64,000 nt of DNA, from contig NZ_CALFYO010000018.1 in assembly GCF_937952055.1 (NCBI RefSeq), positions 1,194 to 65,193 on the forward strand, written 5' to 3'. Source of the DNA: an uncultured Piscinibacter sp. (GTDB lineage Bacteria; Pseudomonadota; Gammaproteobacteria; Burkholderiales; Burkholderiaceae_C). Of this stretch, positions 33,157-44,959 are shown piece by piece (the stretch's first letter is position 1; every line of letters starts with the position of its first letter). The position numbers and the translations under genes are program-made. The notes beneath the pieces were generated by a model. The model was not told the origin of the DNA. It saw only the letters and a list, made by a program, of their open reading frames with translations, and ran no database searches.

Positions 33157-33186
33157 TTGCGGACCGGCCGATTTCTCGTCTATAAT
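33157..33186 (+). promoter_or_regulatory. candidate sigma-70 promoter of the tRNA cluster
   Basis: TTGCGG (33157-33162), 18-nt spacer, TATAAT (33181-33186). The GC-rich discriminator GCGAGGC follows. tRNA-Gly starts at 33198. Confidence 0.45.
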
Positions 33187-33197
33187 GCGAGGCTCAC

Positions 33198-33273
33198 GCG
33201 GGAGTAGCTCAGTTGGTAGAGCGCAACCTTGCCAAGGTTGAGGTCGCGAGTTCGAGACTCGTCTCCCGCTCCA
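33198..33273 (+). tRNA. tRNA-Gly (anticodon GCC)
   Basis: GCGGGAGTAGCTCAGTTGGTAGAGCGCAACCTTGCCAAGGTTGAGGTCGCGAGTTCGAGACTCGTCTCCCGCTCCA. Nearly identical in layout to E. coli tRNA-Gly(GCC). Confidence 0.95.
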
Positions 33274-33295
33274 GGTTCAGCAGCGGTCTGATCGC

Positions 33296-33323
33296 AAAAG
33301 GGAAGCCCAGGCTTCCCTTTTTT
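33296..33323 (+). terminator. hairpin with flanking A- and T-tracts after tRNA-Gly (terminator-like or processing element)
   Basis: AAAA-GGGAAGC-CCAG-GCTTCCC-TTTTTT: a 7-bp stem, 4-nt loop and T6 tail. Confidence 0.4.
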
Positions 33324-33340
33324 GTCAGAATCGACGCCAC

Positions 33341-33414
33341 GGCGCGGTAGCAAAGCGGTTATGCACCGGATTGCAAATCCGTTCAGCCCGGTTCGACTCC
33401 GGGCCGCGCCTCCA
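33341..33414 (+). tRNA. tRNA-Cys (anticodon GCA)
   Basis: Acceptor GGCGCGG/CCGCGCC, discriminator T (U73, the Cys identity element), encoded CCA. Anticodon loop TTGCAAA. Confidence 0.9.
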
Positions 33415-33425
33415 GTCTCTCCCTT

Positions 33426-33455
33426 GGGCCTCGCACGCGCGAGGCCCTCTTGTTT
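33426..33455 (+). terminator. rho-independent terminator-like hairpin after tRNA-Cys
   Basis: GGGCCTCGC-ACGC-GCGAGGCCC is a perfect 9-bp stem. The tail is TCTTGTTTG. Confidence 0.45.
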
Positions 33456-33482
33456 GCACCGCCGATAATCGCGCGCAGCCCC

Positions 33483-33574
33483 GCCCGGGTGGTGAAACAG
33501 GTAAACACAGCGGACTTAAAATCCGCCGCCTCTCGCAAGAGGGCTTGCGGGTTCGATGCCCGCCCCGGGTACCA
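33483..33574 (+). tRNA. tRNA-Leu (anticodon TAA)
   Basis: Acceptor GCCCGGG/CCCGGGT (G1-U72 wobble). Anticodon arm GCGGA-CTTAAAA-TCCGC. Long variable arm. T-arm GCGGG-TTCGATG-CCCGC. Discriminator A and CCA. Confidence 0.85.
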
Positions 33575-33589
33575 CGCAGCGGAGATCGC

Positions 33590-34891
33590 ATGGCCCTCTT
33601 TCCGCAGGACGCGCTCAACGACGGCGTGCGCAAGCGCGAGGTCTTCGGCTGGGCGATGTACGACTTCGCCAACTCCGGCTACACGACGGTGGTGTTGACG
33701 GCGGTGTTCAACACCTACTTCGTCGGCGTGGTGGCAGGGGGGGCCGATTGGGCCACCCTGGCCTGGACGCTGGTGATCGCCGCTTCGAGCTTGGTCGTGA
33801 TGTTCACCATGCCGGCGATCGGTGCCTATGCCGACCTGCACGCGCGCAAGAAGGCGCTGCTCGCGATGAGCACGGCCGCATGCGTGGCGGGCACGGCGGC
33901 GCTGGCCCTGGCCGGCGGCGGTGACCTGTGGATCGCGGTCGCGGCGATGCTCGTTTCGAACGTCTGCTACTCCTACGGCGAGTCGCTCACCGCGGCCTTC
34001 CTGCCGGAACTGGCGAAGTCCGATTCGATGGGGCGCGTCTCCGGGTGGGGCTGGAGCTTTGGTTACCTGGGGGGCATGCTCTCTCTCGGCCTGTGCTTGG
34101 CCTACGTCATGTCGGCACAGTCGCGCGGCATCCCGGCCACCGAGTTCGTACCGGTGACCATGCTGATCACCGCAGGCGTCTACGGCACAGCCTCGTTGGC
34201 CACCTTCGCCTTGCTGCGCGAACGGGCGCTGCCCAACGCGGCGACGGCGGCCGAGGCCAGCCTCGGCAGCGCCTTGCGCCAACTCGCCAGCACGGCACGG
34301 CGTGCCCGAGCGTTTCGCGACTTCAGCTGGCTGCTTGCTTGTGCCGCGTTCTACCAGGCCGGCATCTCGGTAGTGATCGCGCTGGCGGCCGTCTATGCCG
34401 AGCAGGTGCTGGGCTTCAAGCAGGCGCAGACGATGATGCTCATCTTCCTCGTCAACATCGCCGCGGCGCTCGGTGCTTTCGCATTCGGGTACTGGCAGGA
34501 CCGCATCGGACACAAGCGCGCGCTGGGTGTCACGCTGGCCGGTTGGATCGTCATGACCGTCCTCGCTGTTCTGGCCAGCGGACCGGGCCTGTTCTGGGGC
34601 GCCGCGGTACTCGCCGGGCTGTGCATGGGCTCGAGTCAGTCGGCCGGTCGAGCCATGGCGGGGGTGTTCGCGCCACCGGCGCAGACCGCGGAGTTCTACG
34701 GCTTGTGGACCTTCGCGACGCGGTTGTCGGCGATCGTCGGACCGGTGACCTACGGCCTCGTGACCTGGTGGACCAGCGGCAACCATCGGCTCGCCATCCT
34801 GTCGACTGCGGCGTTCTTCGTGATCGGCCTGTTGCTGCTGATCCCTGTGAACGTGCACCGCGGCATGGCGGCGGCAGGCGTCAGGCCCTAG
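33590..34891 (+). CDS. MFS transporter (UMF1 / Atg22-like family)
   Basis: 433 aa from ATG 33590: MALFPQDALNDGVRKREVFGWAMYDFANSGYTTVVLTAVFNTYF.. About 12 TM segments. The upstream part of the track ORF overlaps the tRNAs and is not coding. Confidence 0.8.
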   Translation: MALFPQDALNDGVRKREVFGWAMYDFANSGYTTVVLTAVFNTYFVGVVAGGADWATLAWTLVIAASSLVVMFTMPAIGAYADLHARKKALLAMSTAACVAGTAALALAGGGDLWIAVAAMLVSNVCYSYGESLTAAFLPELAKSDSMGRVSGWGWSFGYLGGMLSLGLCLAYVMSAQSRGIPATEFVPVTMLITAGVYGTASLATFALLRERALPNAATAAEASLGSALRQLASTARRARAFRDFSWLLACAAFYQAGISVVIALAAVYAEQVLGFKQAQTMMLIFLVNIAAALGAFAFGYWQDRIGHKRALGVTLAGWIVMTVLAVLASGPGLFWGAAVLAGLCMGSSQSAGRAMAGVFAPPAQTAEFYGLWTFATRLSAIVGPVTYGLVTWWTSGNHRLAILSTAAFFVIGLLLLIPVNVHRGMAAAGVRP

Positions 34892-35742
34892 ACGGTCAGC
34901 CGCTGTGCGGCGATTTGAAGGGCCATGCCCTCCAACCAGGTTCGGGCGAAGCGCAGGAGTTGCTCGGCGTCGCCCGTGGTCTCGAGCAGGCACGGCAATT
35001 CTTGCCCCCTCTCACCGCCATGTCGCCAGACGCGGGCGACCTGCGCGGCGACGGCCTCGCCGGTGTCGAGCACGCTGACGCCGGCGCCGAGCACGCGCTC
35101 GATGCCGCCGCGCACGAACGAATAGTGCGTGCAGCCGAGTGTGACCACGTCGACGTCCAGCCGGCGGAGCGCTCCGGCATATCGCTCAAGCAGCCCATGC
35201 AGTGCCGGGTCGTCGAACTGCCCGTGCTCGATGGCCGCTGCCAGACCGGTGCAGGCTTGCAGGTGGAGGTGGCAGCCGGCCGACTCTCGCGCCGCGAGCG
35301 ACGCGAACCGTTCGCTGCGCAAGGTCGCCTCGGTGGCTAACACCCCCACATGGCCGGTGCGCGTGGCGGCCACCGCCGGTCTCACGCCGGGTTCGACCCC
35401 GACGAAGGCGATTCCGGGATGCTCCGCCCGCAGCGAGTCGATGGCTACTGCCGTGGCCGTGTTGCAGGCGATGACGATGACCTTCGCCCCTGCAGCAAGC
35501 AGATGGTCACTGATGCGTGAGGCGCGGTCGCGAATTTCGGTGTCTGATCGCTCGCCGTAAGGGGCGTGGCCCGAATCCGCGACGTAGCGCAGCGGCGCGG
35601 CGGGGAGTTGCCGGCGGATCGCGGTCAGGATCGACAGCCCGCCGACGCCTGAGTCGAAGATGCCAATGGACGGACCAGTCGGGGCAGCGGGCACGAAGCG
35701 GGGTGGAGGGCAATGGGCTGCGCAGTCTAGCTGGCGGTTCAT
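34888..35742 (-). CDS. murI: glutamate racemase
   Basis: ..IGIFDSGVGGLSILTAIRRQLP.., ..VIACNTAT.. and ..LGCTHY.. (the two catalytic Cys motifs). Start at ATG 35742. Confidence 0.9.
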   Translation of the reverse strand: MNRQLDCAAHCPPPRFVPAAPTGPSIGIFDSGVGGLSILTAIRRQLPAAPLRYVADSGHAPYGERSDTEIRDRASRISDHLLAAGAKVIVIACNTATAVAIDSLRAEHPGIAFVGVEPGVRPAVAATRTGHVGVLATEATLRSERFASLAARESAGCHLHLQACTGLAAAIEHGQFDDPALHGLLERYAGALRRLDVDVVTLGCTHYSFVRGGIERVLGAGVSVLDTGEAVAAQVARVWRHGGERGQELPCLLETTGDAEQLLRFARTWLEGMALQIAAQRLTV

Positions 35743-35891
35743 GCTGCATTGCAGCGAACGATGAGTCCGGTCTAAAATAGCACGATCGTTCGATTTTGAC
35801 CCCGCCACGGACGGAATCCCGGGGGCGTCGGACGCTGGCGCAACACTAGAATCCCATTAACGTAAACGTCAATTCAGCAGGAGCCCGCCGG

Positions 35892-36641
35892 ATGAAGATC
35901 CTGGTCCCGGTCAAGCGTGTCGTCGACTACAACGTCAAGGTGCGCGTCAAGAGCGACGGCAGCGGTGTGGACATCGCCAACGTCAAGATGAGCATGAACC
36001 CCTTCGACGAGATCGCCGTCGAAGAGGCGGTGCGACTGAAGGAGAAGGGGGTGGCCACCGAGGTGATCGCCGTGTCCTGCGGCGTCACGCAGTGCCAGGA
36101 AACGCTGCGCACCGCGATGGCCATCGGTGCCGACCGTGCCATCCTCGTCGAGTCCGATGCCGAACTGCAGCCGCTGGCCGTCGCCAAGCTGCTCAAGGCG
36201 CTGGTCGACAAGGAGCAGCCGGGCCTGGTGATCCTCGGCAAGCAGGCGATCGACGACGACTGCAACCAGACCGGCCAGATGCTCGCCGCGCTGGCCGACC
36301 TGCCGCAGGCCACGTTCGCCAGCAAGGTCGAAGTGGCCGACGGCAAGGCGAAGGTCACCCGCGAGGTCGACGGCGGCCTCGAGACCCTGTCGATCGCTCT
36401 GCCGGCGGTGATCACCACCGACCTGCGCCTGAACGAGCCGCGCTACGTGACGCTGCCGAACATCATGAAGGCGAAGAAGAAGCAACTCGACGTCCTCAAG
36501 CCCGCCGACCTCGGCGTGGATGTCGCTCCGCGCATCAAGACGCTGAAGGTCAGCGAGCCGCCCAAGCGCAGCGCCGGCATCAAGGTGCCCGATGTGGCCA
36601 CGCTCGTGGCCAAGCTCAAGAACGACGCCAAGGTGATCTGA
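35892..36641 (+). CDS. etfB: electron transfer flavoprotein subunit beta
   Basis: 249 aa: [51 protein letters not shown].. Confidence 0.9.
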   Translation: MKILVPVKRVVDYNVKVRVKSDGSGVDIANVKMSMNPFDEIAVEEAVRLKEKGVATEVIAVSCGVTQCQETLRTAMAIGADRAILVESDAELQPLAVAKLLKALVDKEQPGLVILGKQAIDDDCNQTGQMLAALADLPQATFASKVEVADGKAKVTREVDGGLETLSIALPAVITTDLRLNEPRYVTLPNIMKAKKKQLDVLKPADLGVDVAPRIKTLKVSEPPKRSAGIKVPDVATLVAKLKNDAKVI

Positions 36642-36643
36642 AC

Positions 36644-37573
36644 ATGCCCGCACTCGTCATTGCCGAACACGACCATGGCACCCTCAAGGGTGCGACGCTG
36701 AACACCGTCACCGCCGCGCTGCAATGCGCTGGCGAAGTGCACGTGCTGATCGCCGGCCAGAACGCCGCCGGCGCGGCGCAGGCCGCTGCGCAACTGCAGG
36801 GCGTCGCCAAGGTGCTGCACGCCGACGGCGCGAGCCTGGCCGAGCAACTCGCCGAGAACGTTGCCGCCCAGGTGCTCGCGATCGCGCCGAACTACAGCCA
36901 CATCCTCTTCCCGGCCACCGCGCACGGCAAGAACGTGGCGCCGCGCGTGGCCGCCCGGCTCGACGCCGGCCAGATCAGCGACATCACCAAGGTGCTCGCC
37001 GCCGACACCTTCGAGCGCCCGATCTACGCCGGCAACGCCATCGCCACGGTGCAGAGCCTGGACGCGATCAAGGTCATCACCGTGCGCACCACCGGCTTCG
37101 ACGCCGCGGGCCAGGGTGGCAACGCCGCGGTCGAGACGATTGCCGCCGCCGCCGACAGCGGCAAGAGTGCCTACGTCGGCAGCGAGATCGCCAAGAGCGA
37201 CCGTCCCGAACTGACGGCCGCGAAGATCATCGTCAGCGGGGGCCGTGCGATGGGCAGCAGCGACAAGTTCAACGAGGTCCTCACGCCGCTGGCCGACAAG
37301 CTCGGCGCCGCGCTGGGGGCCAGTCGCGCCGCAGTCGACGCAGGTTACGCGCCCAACGACTGGCAGGTGGGTCAGACTGGCAAGATCGTCGCGCCGCAGT
37401 TGTACATCGCCTGCGGCATCAGCGGCGCGATCCAGCACCTGGCCGGCATGAAGGACTCCAAGGTGATCGTGGCGATCAACAAGGATCCCGAAGCGCCGAT
37501 CTTCAGCGTCGCCGACTTCGGCCTCGAGGCCGATCTCTTCACCGCCGTGCCGGAACTGGTCGCAGCGCTCTGA
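36644..37573 (+). CDS. etfA: electron transfer flavoprotein subunit alpha
   Basis: 309 aa: [25 protein letters not shown].. C-terminal FAD-binding region ..[35 protein letters not shown].. Confidence 0.9.
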   Translation: MPALVIAEHDHGTLKGATLNTVTAALQCAGEVHVLIAGQNAAGAAQAAAQLQGVAKVLHADGASLAEQLAENVAAQVLAIAPNYSHILFPATAHGKNVAPRVAARLDAGQISDITKVLAADTFERPIYAGNAIATVQSLDAIKVITVRTTGFDAAGQGGNAAVETIAAAADSGKSAYVGSEIAKSDRPELTAAKIIVSGGRAMGSSDKFNEVLTPLADKLGAALGASRAAVDAGYAPNDWQVGQTGKIVAPQLYIACGISGAIQHLAGMKDSKVIVAINKDPEAPIFSVADFGLEADLFTAVPELVAAL

Positions 37574-37592
37574 CCCGCTGACCACCCCGACC

Positions 37593-37632
37593 AGCCCGTT
37601 CGCCGATGTCCCAGGCCGACGGGCTTTTTTCT
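37593..37632 (+). terminator. rho-independent terminator after etfA
   Basis: AGCCCGT (37593-37599) pairs with ACGGGCT (37619-37625), followed by a TTTTTT run and CTT. Confidence 0.6.
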
Positions 37633-37659
37633 TGCCTGGACAATTTCGAGGATGACACC

Positions 37660-39453
37660 GTGAGCTACGTCGCGCCGATCAAGGACATGCTGTTCTGCAT
37701 GAAGGAACTCGCCTCCCTGGAGGAGGTGGCCAAGCTGCCCGGCTTCGAGGAGGCCGGTCTCGACACCGCGCAGGCGGTCCTGGAGGAATGCGCCAAGCTG
37801 AACCAGGATGTCATTGCGCCGCTGAACTGGGAGGGCGACAAGTACCCCTCCTCCTGGCACGACGGCAAGGTGACGACCACGCCGGGCTTCAAGGACGCGT
37901 TTCGGCAGTTCGCCGAGGGCGGCTGGCAGGGCCTGCAGCACCCGGCCGACTTCGGCGGCCAGGGCCTGCCCAAGACCATCGGCGCCGCCTGCGGCGAGAT
38001 GCTCAACAGCGCCAACCTGAGCTTCGCGCTGTGCCCGCTGCTCACCGACGGCGCGATCGAGGCGCTGCTGACCGCCGGCTCGCCCGAACAGCAGGCGACC
38101 TTCATCCCGAAGATGATCAGCGGCGAGTGGACAGGCACGATGAACCTCACCGAGCCGCAGGCCGGCTCGGACCTCGCGCTGGTGCGCACGCGTGCCGAGC
38201 CACAGCCCGACGGCAGCTACAGAATCTTCGGCACGAAGATCTTCATCACCTACGGCGAGCACGACATGGCGGAGAACATCGTGCACCTGGTGCTGGCGCG
38301 CGTGGTCGGCGCCCCGGAGGGTGTGAAGGGCATCAGCCTGTTCATCGTGCCGAAGTTCCTCGTCAATGCCGACGGCTCGCTCGGGGCGCGCAACGACGCG
38401 CACTGCGTCAGCATCGAGCACAAGCTGGGCATCAAGGCGAGCCCGACCGCGGTGCTGCAGTTCGGCGACCACGGCGGCGCCATCGGGCAGCTGATCGGCC
38501 ACGAGAACCGCGGCCTCGAGTACATGTTCATCATGATGAACGCGGCCCGCTATGCGGTGGGCATGCAAGGCATCGCGATCGCCGAGCGCGCCTACCAGAA
38601 GGCCGCAGCCTACGCGAAGGATCGTGTGCAGTCGCGGCCGGTCGACGGCTCGATGCCCGGCAGCGCGGCCATCATTCACCACCCCGACGTGAAGCGCATG
38701 CTGATGACGATGCGCGCCTACACCGAAGGCTGCCGCGCCATGGCGCTGACCGCCGCCGCCGCCTTCGATGCGTCACACCACCATCCGGACAAGGACGTTC
38801 GCGCGCAGAACCAGGCCTTCTACGAGTTCATGGTGCCGCTGGTGAAGGGCTACTCGACCGAGATGAGCCTCGAGGTCACCAGCTTGGGCGTGCAGGTGCA
38901 CGGCGGCATGGGCTTCATCGAGGAAACCGGCGCCGCGCAGTACTACCGCGATGCCAAGATCCTGACGATCTACGAAGGCACGACGGCGATCCAGGCGAAC
39001 GACCTGGTCGGCCGCAAGACCGCTCGTGATGGTGGCCAGACGGCCAAGGCCATTGCCCGCCAGATCGGGCACACCGAAGACGCGCTGGCCGGCAGTGCGA
39101 GCGCCGCCTCGCAGTCGATGCTGAAGCGCCTGCGCGCCGCGCGCGAGGCCTTCGTGCAGGTGGTCGACTTCGTGGCCGGCAACACCAAGGCGAGCCCGAA
39201 TGCGGTGTTCGCCGGCTCTGTGCCCTACCTGATGCTCGCCGGCAACCTGATGGCCGGCTGGCAGATGGCGCGCGCGCTGCTCGCCGCGGAGCGGCAACTG
39301 GCGCAGGGCGAAGCCGACAGGCCTTTCCTCGCTGCCAAGGTGGCCACCGCGCGCTTCTACGCCGAGCACATCCTGAGCAAGGTGCCGGGCCTGCGTGACG
39401 CCATCGTCGAGGGTGGCGACAGCGTCACCGCACTGCCGGCCGAAGCGTTCTGA
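37660..39453 (+). CDS. long-form acyl-CoA dehydrogenase with C-terminal extension domain
   Basis: About 597 aa from GTG 37660, with GAGGA 7 nt upstream: [17 protein letters not shown].. ACAD middle and C-terminal domains (..[13 protein letters not shown].., ..[16 protein letters not shown]..). The track ATG at 37606 sits inside the etfA terminator. Confidence 0.85.
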   Translation: MSYVAPIKDMLFCMKELASLEEVAKLPGFEEAGLDTAQAVLEECAKLNQDVIAPLNWEGDKYPSSWHDGKVTTTPGFKDAFRQFAEGGWQGLQHPADFGGQGLPKTIGAACGEMLNSANLSFALCPLLTDGAIEALLTAGSPEQQATFIPKMISGEWTGTMNLTEPQAGSDLALVRTRAEPQPDGSYRIFGTKIFITYGEHDMAENIVHLVLARVVGAPEGVKGISLFIVPKFLVNADGSLGARNDAHCVSIEHKLGIKASPTAVLQFGDHGGAIGQLIGHENRGLEYMFIMMNAARYAVGMQGIAIAERAYQKAAAYAKDRVQSRPVDGSMPGSAAIIHHPDVKRMLMTMRAYTEGCRAMALTAAAAFDASHHHPDKDVRAQNQAFYEFMVPLVKGYSTEMSLEVTSLGVQVHGGMGFIEETGAAQYYRDAKILTIYEGTTAIQANDLVGRKTARDGGQTAKAIARQIGHTEDALAGSASAASQSMLKRLRAAREAFVQVVDFVAGNTKASPNAVFAGSVPYLMLAGNLMAGWQMARALLAAERQLAQGEADRPFLAAKVATARFYAEHILSKVPGLRDAIVEGGDSVTALPAEAF

Positions 39454-39469
39454 ACCTGGAGTCCCAACC

Positions 39470-40432
39470 GTGTCCCTGCCACCCCTTCTCGCCAAGCTGC
39501 CGCTGCCGGTCATCGGCTCGCCGCTGTTCATCATCAGCAACCCCAAGCTCGTGATCGAGCAGTGCAAGGCCGGCATCGTCGGCGCCATGCCGGCGCTGAA
39601 CGCGCGGCCGGCCGATCAACTCGACGAGTGGCTCGCCGAGATCACCGAGACTCTTGCCGCGCACGACCGCGCCAACCCGGACCGGCCAGCGGCGCCGTTC
39701 GCCATCAACCAGATCGTGCACAAGACCAACGACCGGCTGGAGCACGACATGCAGGTCTGCGCGCGGTACAAGGTGCCGATCGTCATCACCTCGCTGGGCG
39801 CGCGAACCGACATCAACGAGGCGGTGCACGGCTGGGGCGGCATCGTGCTGCACGACGTCATCAACAACACGTTCGCGAAGAAGGCGATCGAGAAGGGCGC
39901 CGACGGCCTGATCGCCGTGGCGGCGGGCGCCGGCGGCCATGCGGGCGTGAAGAGCCCGTTCGCGCTGGTCCAGGAGATCCGCACGTGGTTCGACGGGCCG
40001 CTGGCGCTGTCGGGCTCGATGGCCACGGGCGGCGCGGTACTCGCCGCGCAGGCGATGGGCGCGGACCTCGCCTACATCGGCTCGGCCTTCATCGCCACCG
40101 AGGAGGCGCGCGCCAGCGAGGCGTACAAGCAGGCCATCGTGGATTGCAGCTCGGACGACATCGTGTACTCCAGCCTCTTCACCGGCGTGCACGGCAACTA
40201 CCTGAAACCGTCCATCCGCGCTGCGGGCCTCGACCCGGACAACCTGCCCGAGAGCGACCCGAGCAAGATGAGCTTCGGCGGCGGCGAAGGCTCGAAGTCC
40301 AAGGCCTGGAAGGACATCTGGGGCTGCGGCCAGGGCATCGGCGTGGTCGATGGGGTGGTGCCGGCGCGTGAACTGGTGGCCCGTCTCGCGCGCGAGTATC
40401 AGGCCGCGCGGCGGCGTCTCTGCCTCAACTGA
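39470..40432 (+). CDS. nitronate monooxygenase / NAD(P)H-dependent flavin oxidoreductase (NMO family)
   Basis: 320 aa from GTG 39470: ..PVIGSPLFIISNPKLVIEQCKAGIVGAMPALN.., ..GADGLIAVAAGAGGHAG.. (FMN TIM barrel). Confidence 0.8.
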   Translation: MSLPPLLAKLPLPVIGSPLFIISNPKLVIEQCKAGIVGAMPALNARPADQLDEWLAEITETLAAHDRANPDRPAAPFAINQIVHKTNDRLEHDMQVCARYKVPIVITSLGARTDINEAVHGWGGIVLHDVINNTFAKKAIEKGADGLIAVAAGAGGHAGVKSPFALVQEIRTWFDGPLALSGSMATGGAVLAAQAMGADLAYIGSAFIATEEARASEAYKQAIVDCSSDDIVYSSLFTGVHGNYLKPSIRAAGLDPDNLPESDPSKMSFGGGEGSKSKAWKDIWGCGQGIGVVDGVVPARELVARLAREYQAARRRLCLN

Positions 40433-40438
40433 CGCCCC

Positions 40439-40464
40439 CCGGCGCTCGTGCCGCGCGCCGGTTT
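40439..40464 (+). terminator. weak terminator-like hairpin after the NMO gene
   Basis: CCGGCGC (40439-40445) pairs with GCGCCGG (40455-40461), followed only by TTTC. Confidence 0.3.
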
Positions 40465-40560
40465 CAGCAGCGCGTCAGCATGGATGCGGATGATCACCGT
40501 CGTGGTCAACTCAAGTCCGGCTGCAGTCTGTGGCGGCCCCCGGTTCATCCATGTGCCGAT

Positions 40561-40589
40561 TTGATGACCGACAGCCGCGGTGTTACAGT
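40561..40589 (+). promoter_or_regulatory. candidate sigma-70 promoter of the sucA operon
   Basis: TTGATG (40561-40566), 17-nt spacer, extended -10 TGT-TACAGT (40581-40589). Confidence 0.45.
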
Positions 40590-40595
40590 CGCGCC

Positions 40596-40735
40596 CGAGA
40601 CTTGAAAGGTCCTTCCCGTCCCCTTTGCTGGTAACAGCCAAGGCGGGTCGCTAGTCCGCCAGCCGGTTAAGCCGTGTCGCGGAAGGTTTTTTAACCCACT
40701 ACAGCGCTGGAAACCGGCGCGAGAGGTGAGCGAAG
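40596..40735 (+). ncRNA. structured 5' leader of sucA, candidate for the Burkholderiales sucA RNA motif (cis-regulatory)
   Basis: Closing helix CCTTCC (40611-40616) / GGAAGG (40681-40686), followed by T6. It encloses CCTTTGCTG-GTAA-CAGCCAAGG (GNRA loop) and GGCGG-N9-CCGCC. The Shine-Dalgarno GAGAGG and the ATG lie about 30-45 nt downstream. Confidence 0.4.
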
Positions 40736-43594
<2,859 letters not shown>

Positions 43595-43689
43595 TTCCGC
43601 GGCCAAGGGCGGCGCGCGCTGCGCGGCGCCGCCCCGGCGTGCCCTCGCACGCACGCGCGGCGTGAAACCGGATACCAGAAAGAACTGTC

Positions 43690-44949
43690 ATGGCAATCGT
43701 AGAAGTCAAGGTCCCTCAGCTGTCGGAATCGGTGGCCGAAGCCACCCTGCTGCAGTGGAAGAAGAAGCCCGGCGAGCCGGTGGCGCAGGACGAGATCCTC
43801 GTCGAGATCGAAACCGACAAGGTGGTGCTCGAAGTGCCGGCTCCGTCCGCCGGCGTGATGGCGCAGATCGTGAAGGGCGACGGCGAGAGCTGCGTCAGCG
43901 ACGAGGTCATCGCGCGCATCGACACCGAGGGCCAGGCCACGGCGAGCCCGCTGGAGGTCAAGCCGGTGGTGGCTTCCGCGCCTGCGGTGCCTGCCGCTGC
44001 GCCGGCCGCTGCCGCCAAGGCCGGCGTGGCGATGCCTGCCGCTGCCAAGCTGATGGCCGACAACCAGCTTGCGGCCGGTTCGGTGCCGGGCACCGGCAAG
44101 GACGGTCGCGTGACCAAGGGCGACGTGCTGTCAGCCGTGGCCGGCGCAGCGGCGGCGGCAGTGCCTGCGCCGGTGTCGGTGCCGGCTGCTCCGGCCGTTG
44201 CCAAGGTGCTGCCGGCGGTCGCCGCGCCGGTGTCGGTGAACCTGGGTGATCGCCCCGAGCAGCGCGTGCCGATGAGCCGGCTGCGCGCGCGCGTCGCCGA
44301 GCGACTGCTGCAATCGCAGGCCACCAACGCGATCCTCACCACCTTCAACGAGGTGAACATGGCGCCGGTGATGGAGATGCGCAAGCGCTTCCAAGAGAAG
44401 TTCGAGAAGGAGCACGGCGTCAAGATCGGCTTCATGAGCTTCTTCGTGAAGGCCGCGGTCGCCGCGCTGAAGAAGTACCCGGTGCTCAACGCCTCGGTGG
44501 ACGGCAACGACATCGTCTACCACGGCTACTTCGACATCGGCATTGCGGTCGGCTCGCCGCGCGGCCTGGTGGTGCCGATCCTGCGCAATGCCGACCAGAT
44601 GAGCTTCGCCGACATCGAGAAGAAGATCGCCGAGTTCGGCCAGAAGGCCAAGGACGGCAAGCTGTCGCTCGACGACCTGTCGGGCGGCACCTTCTCGATC
44701 AGCAACGGCGGCGTGTTCGGCTCGATGCTGTCGACGCCCATCATCAATCCGCCGCAAAGCGCCATTCTCGGGGTTCACGCGACGAAGGACCGCGCCGTGG
44801 TGGAGAACGGTCAGGTCGTGGTCCGCCCGATCAACTACCTCGCGATGAGCTACGACCACCGCATCATCGACGGCCGTGAAGCAGTGCTCGGCCTCGTGGC
44901 CATGAAGGAAGCGCTGGAAGACCCGGCTCGCCTTCTGTTCGACATCTGA
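43690..44949 (+). CDS. sucB: dihydrolipoyllysine-residue succinyltransferase (E2 of the 2-oxoglutarate dehydrogenase complex)
   Basis: Lipoyl domain ..[17 protein letters not shown].. Ala/Pro linker. Catalytic ..[16 protein letters not shown].. Confidence 0.95.
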   Translation: MAIVEVKVPQLSESVAEATLLQWKKKPGEPVAQDEILVEIETDKVVLEVPAPSAGVMAQIVKGDGESCVSDEVIARIDTEGQATASPLEVKPVVASAPAVPAAAPAAAAKAGVAMPAAAKLMADNQLAAGSVPGTGKDGRVTKGDVLSAVAGAAAAAVPAPVSVPAAPAVAKVLPAVAAPVSVNLGDRPEQRVPMSRLRARVAERLLQSQATNAILTTFNEVNMAPVMEMRKRFQEKFEKEHGVKIGFMSFFVKAAVAALKKYPVLNASVDGNDIVYHGYFDIGIAVGSPRGLVVPILRNADQMSFADIEKKIAEFGQKAKDGKLSLDDLSGGTFSISNGGVFGSMLSTPIINPPQSAILGVHATKDRAVVENGQVVVRPINYLAMSYDHRIIDGREAVLGLVAMKEALEDPARLLFDI

Positions 44950-44959
44950 GGACGGCACG

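Noticed and set aside
33371-33589. N-terminal 73-codon extension of the MFS transporter ORF, plus the overlapping ORFs 33325-33672 - and 33450-33698 +.
   Set aside because: This stretch is occupied by tRNA-Cys and tRNA-Leu(TAA). The transporter has a sensible ATG at 33590 followed by a family-typical N-terminus.
33139-35808. Possibility that the tRNA cluster marks a genomic-island or prophage integration site.
   Set aside because: There is no integrase, no partial tRNA duplicate (att-like direct repeat) and no visible shift in composition. The flanking genes (lon, an MFS transporter, murI, etfBA) are ordinary chromosomal genes.
35856-35874. ATTAACGTAAACGTCAATT in the murI / etfB divergent region as a regulator binding site.
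   Set aside because: It is only a short AACGT direct repeat and not a true palindrome when reverse-complemented. That is too weak to call without comparative data.
37606-37659. ATG at 37606 as the start of the acyl-CoA dehydrogenase.
   Set aside because: This ATG lies in the loop of the etfA terminator hairpin. GTG 37660 has a GAGGA Shine-Dalgarno sequence and yields the family-typical N-terminus ([11 protein letters not shown]).
40399-40641. 80-aa minus-strand ORF upstream of sucA.
   Set aside because: It overlaps the predicted sucA promoter and structured leader, has poor codon usage and no ribosome-binding site. The region is better explained as a cis-regulatory RNA.
43611-43638. GC hairpin GGGCGGCGC-N10-GCGCCGCCC between sucA and sucB as a terminator.
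   Set aside because: It has no U-tract and sits inside an obligately co-expressed operon. It is more likely an mRNA-stabilising or incidental GC-rich stem.
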